From Takakia lepidozioides (taxonomy: Eukaryota; Plantae; Bryophyta), in assembly GCA_030704615.1 (NCBI GenBank), contig CM060734.1:13888001-13952000 (forward strand): DNA of 64,000 nt, written 5' to 3'. A program made the position numbers and the translations under genes. The notes beneath the pieces were generated by a model. That model did no database searches, was not told where the DNA came from, and saw nothing but the letters and a program-made list of their open reading frames with translations. Shown in pieces: positions 63,297 to 64,000 of this stretch. Each line of letters opens with the position of its first letter. Position 1 is the first letter of the stretch.

Positions 63297-64000
63297 TCAC
63301 CAGGTCGCAATGGGAACCGGTTCTCTGACTCCCTCGATGGAATCCAGTATTTCTAATTATGGATTAATTACTGATTAGTTGATTATGGAGAAGACTTAAT
63401 AAACTTAATAAATACCCAGGGCTACTACATCTTCTTTTTTTTTTAAAGAAAAAAAAAAAGAAGACTACCGTTTCCCACCTGTGTGCCTAATGGCTTATCT
63501 GAAAGGGGGATTTTTTCCCCTCCTCAAGGGCCTGAATTGTGAGCAGTCGCTCCCAGGTTTCCTTTATAAAAAAAACAAAAAGAAAAAAGACTAAGCTTAA
63601 CCAACGAGTTGAATGGAATGCATACGGTCGCCGGGGAATGGCCGTACCGGCGAGGTTCCGGCGGGGCGCGCTCTCAAATCCCCACCCCCCCCCCTTGCTC
63701 TCCTCTCACCTGCGAGCCTGTATTTTAGGATAAATTATTAAAAATTCAAAGCTTTAGAATGAAGTGGTTGGTAATTTGGTGGCTAGGTGATAGGTACTAT
63801 AGTGGTGAGGTATGAGGTTAAAATTGTTGCAGTCCAAGCGTTGGTTGCAGATGAGATTAATTATTGTATTTTTTCATATTCAAAATAATTCTAAGTCCCT
63901 TCCAAGAGGAGCTCCAAGTGTCCACTCCTTTGTCCCCTCCTTGTTCCCAAGCCCGCTCCCCCATCCCTGTCCCTTGTCCTCGCTCCCCTGTCCCCGGTTC

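Noticed and set aside
63164-63310. 49-aa N-terminal extension of RPL38 in the ORF track
   Set aside because: It starts at a non-ATG codon. The conserved protein begins at ATG 63163, so this is leader or promoter sequence.

Overview
Repeat-rich nuclear DNA from a land plant. The PLS/E/DYW-class PPR relics point to a land plant, probably a non-seed lineage (inference). The window is dominated by one unusual Ty3/gypsy-type retrotransposon family. It has one intact copy (13417-24944, minus strand, 4-bp TSD AGGT). A second copy was inserted into a PPR gene (TSD AGAC) and later split into 33513-41975 (+) and 50872-53246 (-) by a ~17.4-kb inversion. An old relic lies at 3118-5044. The element encodes Gag-zinc knuckles-protease-C5 cytosine DNA methyltransferase, then an in-frame UAG-CAA-CCA readthrough-type stop, then RT-RNase H-DDE integrase-PHD finger. 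Instead of two LTRs it has split direct repeats (X...body...Y-GC-X-Y) that contain an internal end-to-start junction, and no tRNA primer site is visible. The rest is TE debris (a split CACTA element, MULE/SWIM relics, a MITE, a degraded gypsy element, a LINE-ORF1-like relic, palindromic repeat arrays), two PPR-DYW pseudogenes and an intronless RPL38 coding sequence.
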